Origin: a virus
Virus record (IMG/VR): IMGVR_UViG_3300007539_000009
Location: 64,001-128,000 of that record
DNA length: 64,000 nt
Direction: 5' to 3' (one strand)
Part shown: positions 18,763 to 28,004 of the stretch, one piece after another
Layout: every line of letters starts with the position of its first letter
Position numbering within the stretch: position 1 is the first letter of the stretch
Translations under genes and position numbers: made by a program
The notes under the pieces: model-generated
Database searches by the model: none
Told to the model about the DNA's origin: nothing
Seen by the model: the letters and a program-made list of their open reading frames with translations, nothing else

Positions 18763-18925
18763 GTACTTCGGCGAACGCTAGAGCATCTGCGTACGATCCA
18801 TGTAGATTCTTTCCTTTCTGGAGCTTGGCCCAGAACTCTTGTAGTGAGTGCCGCTCGCTTTCTGTTTCGGCACAGAGGTGCAGCACCTCTTCTTCTTGCT
18901 GCTTTTGTGTGCGGATCAGCTTCAC
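18734..18925 (-). CDS. Hypothetical protein (63 aa)
   Basis: Overlap-coupled ORF. Confidence 0.6.
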   Translation of the reverse strand: MKLIRTQKQQEEEVLHLCAETESERHSLQEFWAKLQKGKNLHGSYADALAFAEVLDDCAALDE

Positions 18926-19125
18926 GCTAGGTCCTCTCCTCTCTCGATCTTGGTAGCGCAGCTATCGCAGTAGGCGTATTGCGGCAGCAGCTTGACTTTG
19001 CGCTGGCAGCCTTCGCAAGTCTTCTCGACTGACTCCTGAGCGACGCGGTCGTAGAACTCCTGCATGTCAGGATCGTCCATGTCAGCCCAGTGGCCGAAGT
19101 TGTCGTCGTAGTAAACGCCAGACAT
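18922..19125 (-). CDS. Small CxxC-CxxC zinc-finger protein
   Basis: TCEGCQR...YCDSCA; AAGGAG RBS upstream. Confidence 0.75.
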   Translation of the reverse strand: MSGVYYDDNFGHWADMDDPDMQEFYDRVAQESVEKTCEGCQRKVKLLPQYAYCDSCATKIERGEDLA

Positions 19126-19171
19126 GTTGCTCCTTGGTTTGTAACGAACGCGGACAAACTACTCATGACAC

Positions 19172-19205
19172 AAAAGAAGCCCGCACTACCGAAGCAGTAC
19201 GGGCT
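19172..19205 (-). terminator. Intrinsic terminator
   Basis: AGCCCGUACUGC [UUCG] GUAGUGCGGGCU followed by UCUUUU, downstream of stop at 19224. Confidence 0.85.
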
Positions 19206-19223
19206 CTTATCACAGCGTGGAAG

Positions 19224-19514
19224 TTACTCAGTGGGCGGCCAGGCGTCCGGGATCTCTACCGACTTCTGCTGCGCTTGCATCGCAGCCTGACAGTAGAGGC
19301 CGAGCGCGCGCATGATCGCAGCGCTGGTGCGCGCGTCCATCGAGATGTGAGAGCGTGTGCCTTCCGCGCTCTCGTAGACCAAGCAGATCTGCATCTCACC
19401 TTGGTCTCGATCCATGCCAACAAGCGTGTAGGCGAGATCCTCGCTCGTGATGGAATCCATGCAGAAGCCGGTGTCGATGTCGGCCTCGTCTTCAAAAGGG
19501 TATTGCATTGTCAC
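19224..19514 (-). CDS. Small acidic hypothetical protein
   Basis: ORF followed by terminator. Confidence 0.7.
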   Translation of the reverse strand: MTMQYPFEDEADIDTGFCMDSITSEDLAYTLVGMDRDQGEMQICLVYESAEGTRSHISMDARTSAAIMRALGLYCQAAMQAQQKSVEIPDAWPPTE

Positions 19515-19545
19515 TCCGTGGTAGACCCCTGACGGTGAGACTATG

Positions 19546-19830
19546 TTAGCGCTCGCGTTGCGCTACCGAGCCCTTCTCCTTGATAGGTTCTTCTACTCGC
19601 ACGTAAGTGTCGAGCGTCTCTCGTATTGCGCGAACAGCGCAGTCTCTGGATGACGAGAGCCGGAACGCTGTGGTCTGTAGGAAGTCCTTGGGCCGACGGA
19701 TGCGGAACGTGACGGTGTAGTCCACCTCTGCCTCATCCTCGAGCGCATCGATGCCGTTGTGCTTGATGTCCAGCACTTCACCGGAGATGATCGTCACTTG
19801 ATGCGGCCGGCTAGGAGTCTCTTCAGTCAT
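19546..19830 (-). CDS. Hypothetical protein (94 aa)
   Basis: TGATG-coupled to upstream gene. Confidence 0.65.
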   Translation of the reverse strand: MTEETPSRPHQVTIISGEVLDIKHNGIDALEDEAEVDYTVTFRIRRPKDFLQTTAFRLSSSRDCAVRAIRETLDTYVRVEEPIKEKGSVAQRER

Positions 19831-20744
19831 CAGTTCGTCGGGTAGAGAAGCTGGATCTCGTCACCAGCCTCGAGAAGACGCCGGTCTTGCGTGAACGTGA
19901 TAGACAACCCATCACCGGCGATCGTGTAGTCAATCCCACTGACCAGGGCCGCACCGTTCTGGAAGACCAGCATGGTGGCAGCCACCGTCACAGCGGGGTT
20001 GATGTCTATGGCTACATCCTGCCCTGAGCTCCCCAGGCCAAGCAAGCTCCCAGGCACACATCCTTCGATCTTGTTCCAAACCTGCCCGCTGACTGAAGAT
20101 GCGTCCAGCCGCTGGCCCAGGCTCTGCCCGATGTAGAGGAAGCCGGTGAACCAGAAGTCAGAGCCCTCCGGCACACCTACCTCGTACGGGTCGTCCTTGG
20201 TGAACACCAGGATGCCGGTGCTCGGATCCCACAGCGGACCAGCCGGGTGGTCAGGTAGCAGCTCACCACCGAAGCGAGGCGACGGTGTGCCGTACCACAG
20301 CTGCGCAGCGTATGTCTGACCTTGGCTGTTCTCTTGTGGGTTATCACCGTCCACCCACGAGTCCAAGAAGCCTACGCCTGGATCTTGTGTAGCAAGAGGC
20401 GGAGTAAGGACAGACGCGCCTGTGACAGCGATCCAGCCCCGGTTGTCGGGGACACTAGGGATCTGTACGAGCTTGAGCCCGCTGTTCGGCGGATCTGAAG
20501 TGTCGCCATAGCGCCGTACAAGCGAAGTCGTTCCTCCATTGATCAAAGCTGGCGCAGGGATCTCCAACTCCTCACCAACAGTTTGATACGCACTGACAGT
20601 TACGTGGCTAGGTAACGACGTGGTGCCACCAGCCGGCGCAGGATCCTCACCAGGGAAGAAAACCTCAGAGAGGTGCGCCTTGTTTAGCAGTCGTTTAACT
20701 GCCCATGACAGCCACGCCTCTTGCTGATTAGTAAACGTCGCCAT
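19830..20744 (-). CDS. Probable virion structural protein, paralog A
   Basis: Start at MATFTNQ (20744); aligns by eye with 39042-39941; C-terminal FQNG...DYTI...ITFT...GDEIQLLY module. Confidence 0.75.
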   Translation of the reverse strand: MATFTNQQEAWLSWAVKRLLNKAHLSEVFFPGEDPAPAGGTTSLPSHVTVSAYQTVGEELEIPAPALINGGTTSLVRRYGDTSDPPNSGLKLVQIPSVPDNRGWIAVTGASVLTPPLATQDPGVGFLDSWVDGDNPQENSQGQTYAAQLWYGTPSPRFGGELLPDHPAGPLWDPSTGILVFTKDDPYEVGVPEGSDFWFTGFLYIGQSLGQRLDASSVSGQVWNKIEGCVPGSLLGLGSSGQDVAIDINPAVTVAATMLVFQNGAALVSGIDYTIAGDGLSITFTQDRRLLEAGDEIQLLYPTN

Positions 20745-20768
20745 CACAAGCAATCAAATAGAGATAGC

Positions 20769-21998
20769 TCAGCAGTTCCACTTGTCGAGCGCAAGCTTCT
20801 TCCGCGTCGGTTTGCCGCTCTTGTCGTGCATCGGCCCCGGCATCCCGCCCATCCGTGCACAGAAGCTCTTGCGCCTCTTGTCCTCGCTTGAGCCCGGCTT
20901 GATCTTGCTCGGGTCCTTGGTAACCGCCATCTTAAGCTTGCTGCCTGGATTAGCTTCTCGATACGACTGAACACCTTTGCGGTTCAGCCCGCCCGTCTTG
21001 CTCTTGCCTTCGCTGCGAGTCCATGCAGGTGTCTCCGACGCTTGTTTCTTGAGCTTGCGCTTACGCTCTTTCGCCTCTTCGCCGCCTGCGTGGCCGTCTA
21101 TGAGCGACTTGGAGGCGTAGATGTCGGTGCGGCGTGCGGCGATCTTCTGCAGCTCGTCCTCGAAGCCACGAAGCATCGCTGTCTTGGCCACGTGCGCGTT
21201 GTCGATCCAGTTGGGGTAGGGCCGACCGTTAGCTGCAGCGCGTGCTTTTGCTCGAGACTTCTGCTCGGGCGTCAGCGTCTTGCTCTTACCTTTGGCTTCC
21301 TTCGGGTTCTTCTTGTCCCAGGGAGCCTCCTCAGCCGCTTTGAGCATCCCGCCGCCAGTGAGAGAGCCGGCAGCTCGGCTGGTGATGTTGTTGCTGCTCA
21401 ACGTGTTACGTAGGTGGTTCGGGGCACTGACTTGACCCATCATCGGCTTCGGCGGCTTGTTCATCTGCATCGACCTTATCGGCTTGAGCGAAGGCGGCTT
21501 CGGCAGCGCCTTGAGCATACTGAGAACTGCAGCTGCTTTCACCAGCCGACCGTCAGCTGCGACGCCCGGGGGTCGGGCAGTAGTGTCTTTCTTCACGCGA
21601 CTTGCGTACCTGCCTGCGGCGTAGATCAGCCCGGCAACAGCAGCACCTTTGATGGCGTTGTTGCGAGCGCTGTTGCGAATAATTTTGAGCCCAGCTTTCC
21701 CCAAGTCTTGTGCACCTTGGTTGTAGCTAGATGAGATTCGGGCGCGAGTACTAGGGGAACCGGCTAAGTACTGCGAGCGCATTGCGGGGTCAGTCTTGAT
21801 TGCCTTAGCAACAGCCCGTGACGCTCCCGACCAGCGAGCTGATTGGCCCGCTTGACGCGCCACCTTGCTGTCAAGACCTTGCAGGCCCTTGGTGATGTTG
21901 TCGGCCGCACGACGGAGACCCTTGTAGTAGCCTCTTACTGCGCCGAGGGCCGCACCGGTGATTACGACCTCGCCATATCGCTTAGCTCGATCACTCAC
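20769..21998 (-). CDS. Basic mosaic protein with KxA-delimited modules; C-terminal DUF6321-like domain
   Basis: 409 aa, Lys/Arg-rich; C-terminal PAWTRSEGKSKTGGLNRKG...RRKSFCARMGGM...LALDKWNC recalls DUF6321 (from memory). Confidence 0.75.
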   Translation of the reverse strand: MSDRAKRYGEVVITGAALGAVRGYYKGLRRAADNITKGLQGLDSKVARQAGQSARWSGASRAVAKAIKTDPAMRSQYLAGSPSTRARISSSYNQGAQDLGKAGLKIIRNSARNNAIKGAAVAGLIYAAGRYASRVKKDTTARPPGVAADGRLVKAAAVLSMLKALPKPPSLKPIRSMQMNKPPKPMMGQVSAPNHLRNTLSSNNITSRAAGSLTGGGMLKAAEEAPWDKKNPKEAKGKSKTLTPEQKSRAKARAAANGRPYPNWIDNAHVAKTAMLRGFEDELQKIAARRTDIYASKSLIDGHAGGEEAKERKRKLKKQASETPAWTRSEGKSKTGGLNRKGVQSYREANPGSKLKMAVTKDPSKIKPGSSEDKRRKSFCARMGGMPGPMHDKSGKPTRKKLALDKWNC

Positions 21999-24900
21999 GC
22001 GCCGCTACTCCAGGGGGTGTCAGTGGATTGGTTGAGCATCTGCAGTTGGGTGATAACAGTGCGCAGGCCGATGCTGCCGTGAAGTGCGATGCGGACTACT
22101 GCCTGGTTGCTGGTGTTGCCGGTAGTGAAGGCACCGGCCCGCCAGTAGATGTCAACGTAACCAGCGCCAATCGTGATGCCTCCTGTGTCTGCCGCACCGT
22201 AGCCGTCCTCTCCAGACTCGTACAGGCTGGAAGCACCTGTTGTGAGCATGTCGAGCCAGCCGGTCTTGCCGGGGTTACCCAGCGGCGTATCAGCGTGCAC
22301 CGAGCTCTGGTCGCCAACGAACTTGATCTCCGCGCTGATACCACTCAGGGTCGGGACCGGAGAAGCGCTGGGGCCGACGTTGTACCAGCTGCCAACGAAG
22401 TCAGGGCTACTGAGCGGAGAGCTGTAGCTCTCGTATGAAGTTAGCGCCGGAGAGGCGGAGGCATCCCGCAAGTAGCCGTACACCCGCAGACGACCCTGGT
22501 TGGCCGCTGTGCCGCTGGTGAACAGTCGGTAGTAGACCACTGAGCTCTGAGCCGAGTAGTCGGTGTAGTAGTCGTAGGACGGGCTACCGTAGCTGCCGTA
22601 GACGTTGAACGGGCTGCTCAGCGCAGGCATCTGCGTGCGTGCATCGTACTCCGTAGCTGTGTTGTAGCCGGGGTGTACGAGGCCGAGGTCGCTGACCTGC
22701 GCCGGGCGCGACGTGCGTGTGCCCGGATTGACCGCAAACGTCTTGCCCGAGCGGGCCTCAGCTGACGGCGAGCCGTCAGTCACATTCCAGGTGCTTTCCG
22801 TGCCTAGCGCCGTGAGCTCCGCACCACTCGGCCAACCGTACGTGCCAGATTCGAGCACGTCCCCTGCCACGGGCTGGGTAGTGAACGAAGTGAAGATGGG
22901 GCTGGTAACGGGGCTAACGAGGTCGGTCCCACCCCATGTGTCGGGGTAGATTCGATACTTCTCACTGGCGAAGGTTTCGACAGTAGTCGTACCGACAGAG
23001 GCGCCGGCCCGTCCGAGGTGTAGTAATCGCCCATACGGAGAGCCATACGGGTCGGAGAAGTTCAGCACCACATCCGTGTCGCTGACGAACACATCGTTGA
23101 AGTTGATCGTCAGGTCACGGCTGGTGTAGCCGTCCGACGCCACCAGCGCGGTCATCGGCTGAACCGTGTCGTACGGATCAGTCGGTGTACCGAGCAGGAA
23201 CACCGTTTCCGGGCTAGGGATCCACGTAGCGTCTTGCGGGCTGGCATACGTGGTCAGGTAGTACTGCAGGTCGAACGAGTACGTACCGTCGCTCGCATCC
23301 GCTACGGTCAGCAGGTTCTGCTGGTACGTGATGTTGTAGAGGTTGTCCGCATCGACGTAGAGGCCCCAGTTCTCCGAGGCAGTGACGTGCGGGATGCCCG
23401 ACACGTAGCGGATAGCCACACCGTTGTCGATGCTCAGCTCCGCCGTGTTGATCACCGGATCGGCCGCGCCTGTGTACTGATCCTTGAAGATCTCAATGCT
23501 GTTGGTGCGGTTGACTCCCGAACCGGTGTCATGGGAGATACGTACCCGGTTGAAGCCAAGGGGCGCCGGGAAGTCCGTGAATACCGGATTACCTGAAACG
23601 CGTAGCTCGAACACAGGCGCTGATGTGTTATCCAGACCGAGATAGTCAACCGCTTGGAAAGCGATCTTGGTCGTGGGGCTGCCACCGGGCTGCACAGGGT
23701 TGCTACCCATGTGGGTCGCCACGTCGCTGTAGTTAGGAGGAGATCCTCCGATAGCTGTAAGCGCGTTGCCGTAAGTCAGCGATATGTCAAGCTGCTCCAG
23801 CACTGTCCAAGTGCTCGGTGACGGGCTAGCTGTGCCCAGCTCGAGCGAAAGCGTGCCTGCGTTGCCCGGATCGCCGAACGGAGTAGTCACAACACTGAAC
23901 GTCGTGCCTGCCGTGCCGGCTACCAAGTTGGTGACCAGATCACCCGGCTTGTACCCCGGTGACGCGTAGACGATGGTCGGGCTGCTGTCAGACAGGTAGC
24001 TCTGCTGGAACGCAGGGATGTAGGTCTCGTTAAGCGTCGACAGCGCACCTGATTCGCTGGCCGTGGTGAACTGCGAGGCCAGCGCAGTGTTGATCGAAAA
24101 CAGTGCATCTTCAATCGTCATGCCTGACGTCAGCGTCAAGTACCCGGAGATGTCTTGATCCAGCGTGAGGAAACGCGCTGTGTGCGAGTGACCACCTGAT
24201 ACTCCGCCGGTCGTACTAGTGCTGACTGCTGCAGCACCAGAGAACAGCGCGTTGATGCGCTCCTTGTCTGTAGTGCTGTGCAGTCCTGCTTGCGACGTAG
24301 TGGCATCCGGGATGTTGGTACCAACAACAACCTCATTGGTCCCGGTCGAGAAGGTGACGAAGGTCTGGCCCGCGTGAGCAGCATCTTCGCCAGCCGTCAG
24401 CTGAATGTTCTGCGAACCATCAGGTGCAACACTGTTGATGGTCGCAACGCCCGGATCAGCGTCTAGGCGAATCTGATTGGCCGTAGGCGTGACAGTCAGG
24501 TAATCACCGGCCAGCAGCGTCAATGCACCCAGCGAATCGAACTGCACTGAAGTGCTCGAGCCGCCCAGCTGCTCAGCAACAAGTGTCGCAAGGAACGACA
24601 GCTGAACAGTAGAGGAAGCTGAGAACTTGTTGATGCCCAGCGCGCCGCTAGCAACCGTCAGCCCAACGTTGCCTGCGGCATCCGGCTCGATCTGAGCCAG
24701 TGACAGCAGCGGGTTGGACGGAATGGCATCAGACAGCTGCGCTAGGATCGCAGCGTCAGTCGACCCAGTCTTGTTAGCCGTACGGATGAGGGCATCCGCA
24801 TCGAGGTTCCCGAGGGTACGGCGACGACCGGCCACAACCTTGAACGGTGCCGGAGGTACAGCACCACGACTGTTGGGCGTCCACGCAACTCGGAGCGTGA

Positions 24901-26611
24901 TGCCTCCCGTGCTGAGGAAGCCGTCCGCATCGACTTGACCACCGCCCGACGGATTGACTTCCGCTCCGCCAACGATATTGACCTGGGTGATCTGGGCCTG
25001 GTTTCCGTAGGCATCTACAACCTCATCCCAATTGGTGAGATCCTCAACAGGGCCTGCGCCGCTGCGATCGTACCCGTCGATCAGTGAGAACGCCTGCTGA
25101 CGTACCTGCGCTGCTGTGGTCGTGGAACCGCCAACCCAGTACTTGTCTGCCGTGGGGCTGTTGAACGGATCAGTTGACTGGATGGTGACAACACCAACAG
25201 TCGCTGAGTTCCACAGTACGTCCAGCGCGTAAGCAACTGCCGTGACTGTCTGAGCCGGGCTCGCTGCCTCGTTCGTGGCGTACAGCGGGCTGACCAACGC
25301 GCCGCCTGTAGTGACGACCGAGGCCGTGCTACCAGGAATGACGTTGGTGACTGTGGAGTCAACCGTAGCGGCCAGTCGCAGGTAGTTCGCGGGGCTCGAG
25401 GGCGACAGGAAGTAGTCGCTCTGGAACACCAGGTAGTAGTCCGTGCTGCCGCTCAGAATGATCGGCGACGCAGCGACACCGGGGCTGGCCGGGCTGACTG
25501 CGTTAGGCACAGTCAGCGGGACGCTGATTGCGAACGTCTCGTCCCAAGCAGCTCGGCTTGCGTCAGTCTTGAACTGGCTAGGCGAGATGTAGCCGACTGC
25601 CACAACCTTAGGCGAGCTACCTAAGGGCGAGGCATAGACCCCTGTGTTGATCGCAACAGTATCAGCCGGTGAGCCTGCGATCTCAGAGATCGAGACGGTC
25701 ACCCCGCCTACCTGGCCGGTAGCGGGGCGGCTGCCGTACACCGTAAGGGCGTCTACCTTGGCGTCAGCAGGCAGTGTGATAGACTGAGCTAATGCCGGAT
25801 AGCCGATTGAGAAGTCCGGCGAATCGTACGCCGATCCGCTGGTGTACTCCGTCAGGACAACATCGAGGTTGTCACCGAGGTAGACGTCAGAGGCTGTGAA
25901 GCCAATTGCCTGGACCGGTGTGGTCGGTGACTCCAGCGAGTCGTAGGCCGTGACCGTGAGCACTACCGGCTCAGCTAGGACCTTGGCGTTGTCCTGCAGG
26001 TCCCTGACTACGTCGTACAGGCTGATGACCGCCGGACCGACCGACACACCTGCGCTGGGCGAGGGGCTAGCCGGGGTCGGGCTCGAGGGAGATGCGCTCG
26101 GCGACTCAGGGATGGTTGCGTCTGATGCGCCACTAGCAAAGCCGATCTGCCCTGCCCAGTGCGAGAACACGTCAGCCTCAAAGGCACCACCAGGGCCGAG
26201 GCGGACGTTTCGACGGGGTCCTTCTGCGAAGTGGCCAGTGACCTCTTCTCGAGTCACGCTGTCTGCCGGGAACCGCTCCACCTGCGCCTGCAGCGTGGGG
26301 TCCAGCATTAGCGTTGTGCGGCGCCGGTAGTTAGCCGGGCGAACAGTCAGTGAGGGCGTGAGCTGGGCGGTAGCTCCAACGGCGTCAGTGACTGTGATTG
26401 TCGGCGTGTAGACACCAACTTGGGGGGCGAGGATACCGGCAGTCGTCTCTGCGAGCGTACCGGTATCGAGGTCAATGGTCATGCCCTCAGGCAGACCAGT
26501 GGCGGTCCAGCGGTAGGGGAGGGTGCCGCGCCGCGCTTGAACCCGGACTCGGTAGCTTTCACCTACGAACGCGTTGGGGAGCGCCGTAGTGATGATTGTC
26601 AGATCAGCCAT
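21995..26611 (-). CDS. Large virion protein, N-terminal putative Ig (He_PIG-like) domain, Ser-Pro-rich
   Basis: 1538 aa; IITTALPNAFVGESY...GTLPYRWTATGLPEGMTIDLDTGTL is a typical putative-Ig signature; about 37 SP dipeptides. Confidence 0.75.
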   Translation of the reverse strand: MADLTIITTALPNAFVGESYRVRVQARRGTLPYRWTATGLPEGMTIDLDTGTLAETTAGILAPQVGVYTPTITVTDAVGATAQLTPSLTVRPANYRRRTTLMLDPTLQAQVERFPADSVTREEVTGHFAEGPRRNVRLGPGGAFEADVFSHWAGQIGFASGASDATIPESPSASPSSPTPASPSPSAGVSVGPAVISLYDVVRDLQDNAKVLAEPVVLTVTAYDSLESPTTPVQAIGFTASDVYLGDNLDVVLTEYTSGSAYDSPDFSIGYPALAQSITLPADAKVDALTVYGSRPATGQVGGVTVSISEIAGSPADTVAINTGVYASPLGSSPKVVAVGYISPSQFKTDASRAAWDETFAISVPLTVPNAVSPASPGVAASPIILSGSTDYYLVFQSDYFLSPSSPANYLRLAATVDSTVTNVIPGSTASVVTTGGALVSPLYATNEAASPAQTVTAVAYALDVLWNSATVGVVTIQSTDPFNSPTADKYWVGGSTTTAAQVRQQAFSLIDGYDRSGAGPVEDLTNWDEVVDAYGNQAQITQVNIVGGAEVNPSGGGQVDADGFLSTGGITLRVAWTPNSRGAVPPAPFKVVAGRRRTLGNLDADALIRTANKTGSTDAAILAQLSDAIPSNPLLSLAQIEPDAAGNVGLTVASGALGINKFSASSTVQLSFLATLVAEQLGGSSTSVQFDSLGALTLLAGDYLTVTPTANQIRLDADPGVATINSVAPDGSQNIQLTAGEDAAHAGQTFVTFSTGTNEVVVGTNIPDATTSQAGLHSTTDKERINALFSGAAAVSTSTTGGVSGGHSHTARFLTLDQDISGYLTLTSGMTIEDALFSINTALASQFTTASESGALSTLNETYIPAFQQSYLSDSSPTIVYASPGYKPGDLVTNLVAGTAGTTFSVVTTPFGDPGNAGTLSLELGTASPSPSTWTVLEQLDISLTYGNALTAIGGSPPNYSDVATHMGSNPVQPGGSPTTKIAFQAVDYLGLDNTSAPVFELRVSGNPVFTDFPAPLGFNRVRISHDTGSGVNRTNSIEIFKDQYTGAADPVINTAELSIDNGVAIRYVSGIPHVTASENWGLYVDADNLYNITYQQNLLTVADASDGTYSFDLQYYLTTYASPQDATWIPSPETVFLLGTPTDPYDTVQPMTALVASDGYTSRDLTINFNDVFVSDTDVVLNFSDPYGSPYGRLLHLGRAGASVGTTTVETFASEKYRIYPDTWGGTDLVSPVTSPIFTSFTTQPVAGDVLESGTYGWPSGAELTALGTESTWNVTDGSPSAEARSGKTFAVNPGTRTSRPAQVSDLGLVHPGYNTATEYDARTQMPALSSPFNVYGSYGSPSYDYYTDYSAQSSVVYYRLFTSGTAANQGRLRVYGYLRDASASPALTSYESYSSPLSSPDFVGSWYNVGPSASPVPTLSGISAEIKFVGDQSSVHADTPLGNPGKTGWLDMLTTGASSLYESGEDGYGAADTGGITIGAGYVDIYWRAGAFTTGNTSNQAVVRIALHGSIGLRTVITQLQMLNQSTDTPWSSGA

Positions 26612-26891
26612 TGGTGGTGGTCGGGGTCTGGTGCAGCGATTCCAGCCATTCGGGGATCTTGCTACCGATCATGAGAACCGGCTGCTCTTGCCCCATCACC
26701 CCCTTGGGTATCAGTAGGGCAGGCACAGCCGGTAGCTGGTGTTTCTCCGCAAGGTTAGGCATGCGGGCTATGACCATCGTACGAGCTCGCTGGACCTCCT
26801 CTACAACTCGGGGCAGCACCTCCTCGCATGCGCGGCAAAACGGCGAGTAGAAGAAGGTGACGTAGGGGACGTCGTAGTAGATGGAGCTCAT
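26604..26891 (-). CDS. Thioredoxin-fold protein
   Basis: VTFFYSPFCRACEEVLP (CxxC) and VPALLI (cis-Pro strand). Confidence 0.75.
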   Translation of the reverse strand: MSSIYYDVPYVTFFYSPFCRACEEVLPRVVEEVQRARTMVIARMPNLAEKHQLPAVPALLIPKGVMGQEQPVLMIGSKIPEWLESLHQTPTTTNG

Positions 26892-28003
26892 AGCTTGATG
26901 CAGGCGCGCACAGGGAATGACGGAGGCACTGAGGTCATCTTGGTCGTGAGCTTGTGCGTGTGGCGCGTGCCTAGCACCTCAGCCGGCTGCTCTCCTGGGA
27001 ACTGAGGCAAGGTCCCGAATAGCGGGGTGCGTACAAAGGCTTGAGACCCGAATGGGATAGGAATTGGCGTCTCATGCAGAACTGACGACGCATCACCAAA
27101 AGCGTCGGGCGGCCCCTCCGGGTTGTGGTCATGCTCGTCGTTACCGACCAGCACCTGTGCCTGGCCGTCGGCATCAGGGATGGCGTGCTCACCGTTGACG
27201 CCGAGCAGCATCGCCTCTGCCCCGTTCATGGCATCCCTGAACCCCGGCGGGCACGCATCGCCCTCGAACAGGATCACCAGGCCACTAGGTACAGTGACAT
27301 CGCAGATGCTGGGCACGAACGGGAGCGTGTTGCCCGTAGGTCCTAGCACCGATGTGATGCTGGAGATCGAACAACGGGAACCTACGGTACCTACGAGCTC
27401 GAGCTGGAACTTCAGTGACGCTGCTGTAGCCGGGATGTCTACCTGGCGGACGATGCGGCGGTTCTGCCCAAAGGTAGAGGACTCGTCGCGTGTGCTGAAG
27501 ACCTCCTCCTCGCCATCCAGCAAGCGCATGTTGATGGTGACGTTATTCTTACCGGCAGCACCGCTGTACGCCAGCATGATCGGCTGGCCGCGCAGCTTGG
27601 CTAAGTCGCTGAAGTCTTGCTCGAAGTAGATCGAGCCAGCTGCGCTAAATGTGACACGAGCAAAGTTGCCACCATCTCGAGCGAAGACAGAGAAGCCGGT
27701 AGACGCGTCAGTGGGCGCTACCTCAACACTGCCTTTCACCCCGTAGACGTCCCACGACCCTACGCGGTTCTCGAGCCCTGCTTCCTCAGCCGGAGCGAAC
27801 GAGAAGCTGGTGAACCGGTACTGCTTCTGGTCGATGAACGTGCGCTTCGGTGTTGTGGTGCCGCCGCTGAATGCTGGGTTGACGTTCTCAACTAGCGCGG
27901 TGGTGCCGGGGAACGAGTCAAACCCACCGTTATTCAGCAGGTTGTACCGCGCAAAGTCATTGGCGGTTGCCTCGTACTTGTCCGGGATGTCGGCAATGCC
28001 CAT
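26888..28003 (-). CDS. Tail-associated protein: CBM-like N-terminus plus collar-like motif
   Basis: NLLNNGGFD start; GLVILFEGDACPPGF; ends HTH...VPPSFPVRACIKL. Confidence 0.7.
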   Translation of the reverse strand: MGIADIPDKYEATANDFARYNLLNNGGFDSFPGTTALVENVNPAFSGGTTTPKRTFIDQKQYRFTSFSFAPAEEAGLENRVGSWDVYGVKGSVEVAPTDASTGFSVFARDGGNFARVTFSAAGSIYFEQDFSDLAKLRGQPIMLAYSGAAGKNNVTINMRLLDGEEEVFSTRDESSTFGQNRRIVRQVDIPATAASLKFQLELVGTVGSRCSISSITSVLGPTGNTLPFVPSICDVTVPSGLVILFEGDACPPGFRDAMNGAEAMLLGVNGEHAIPDADGQAQVLVGNDEHDHNPEGPPDAFGDASSVLHETPIPIPFGSQAFVRTPLFGTLPQFPGEQPAEVLGTRHTHKLTTKMTSVPPSFPVRACIKL

Positions 28004-28004
28004 G

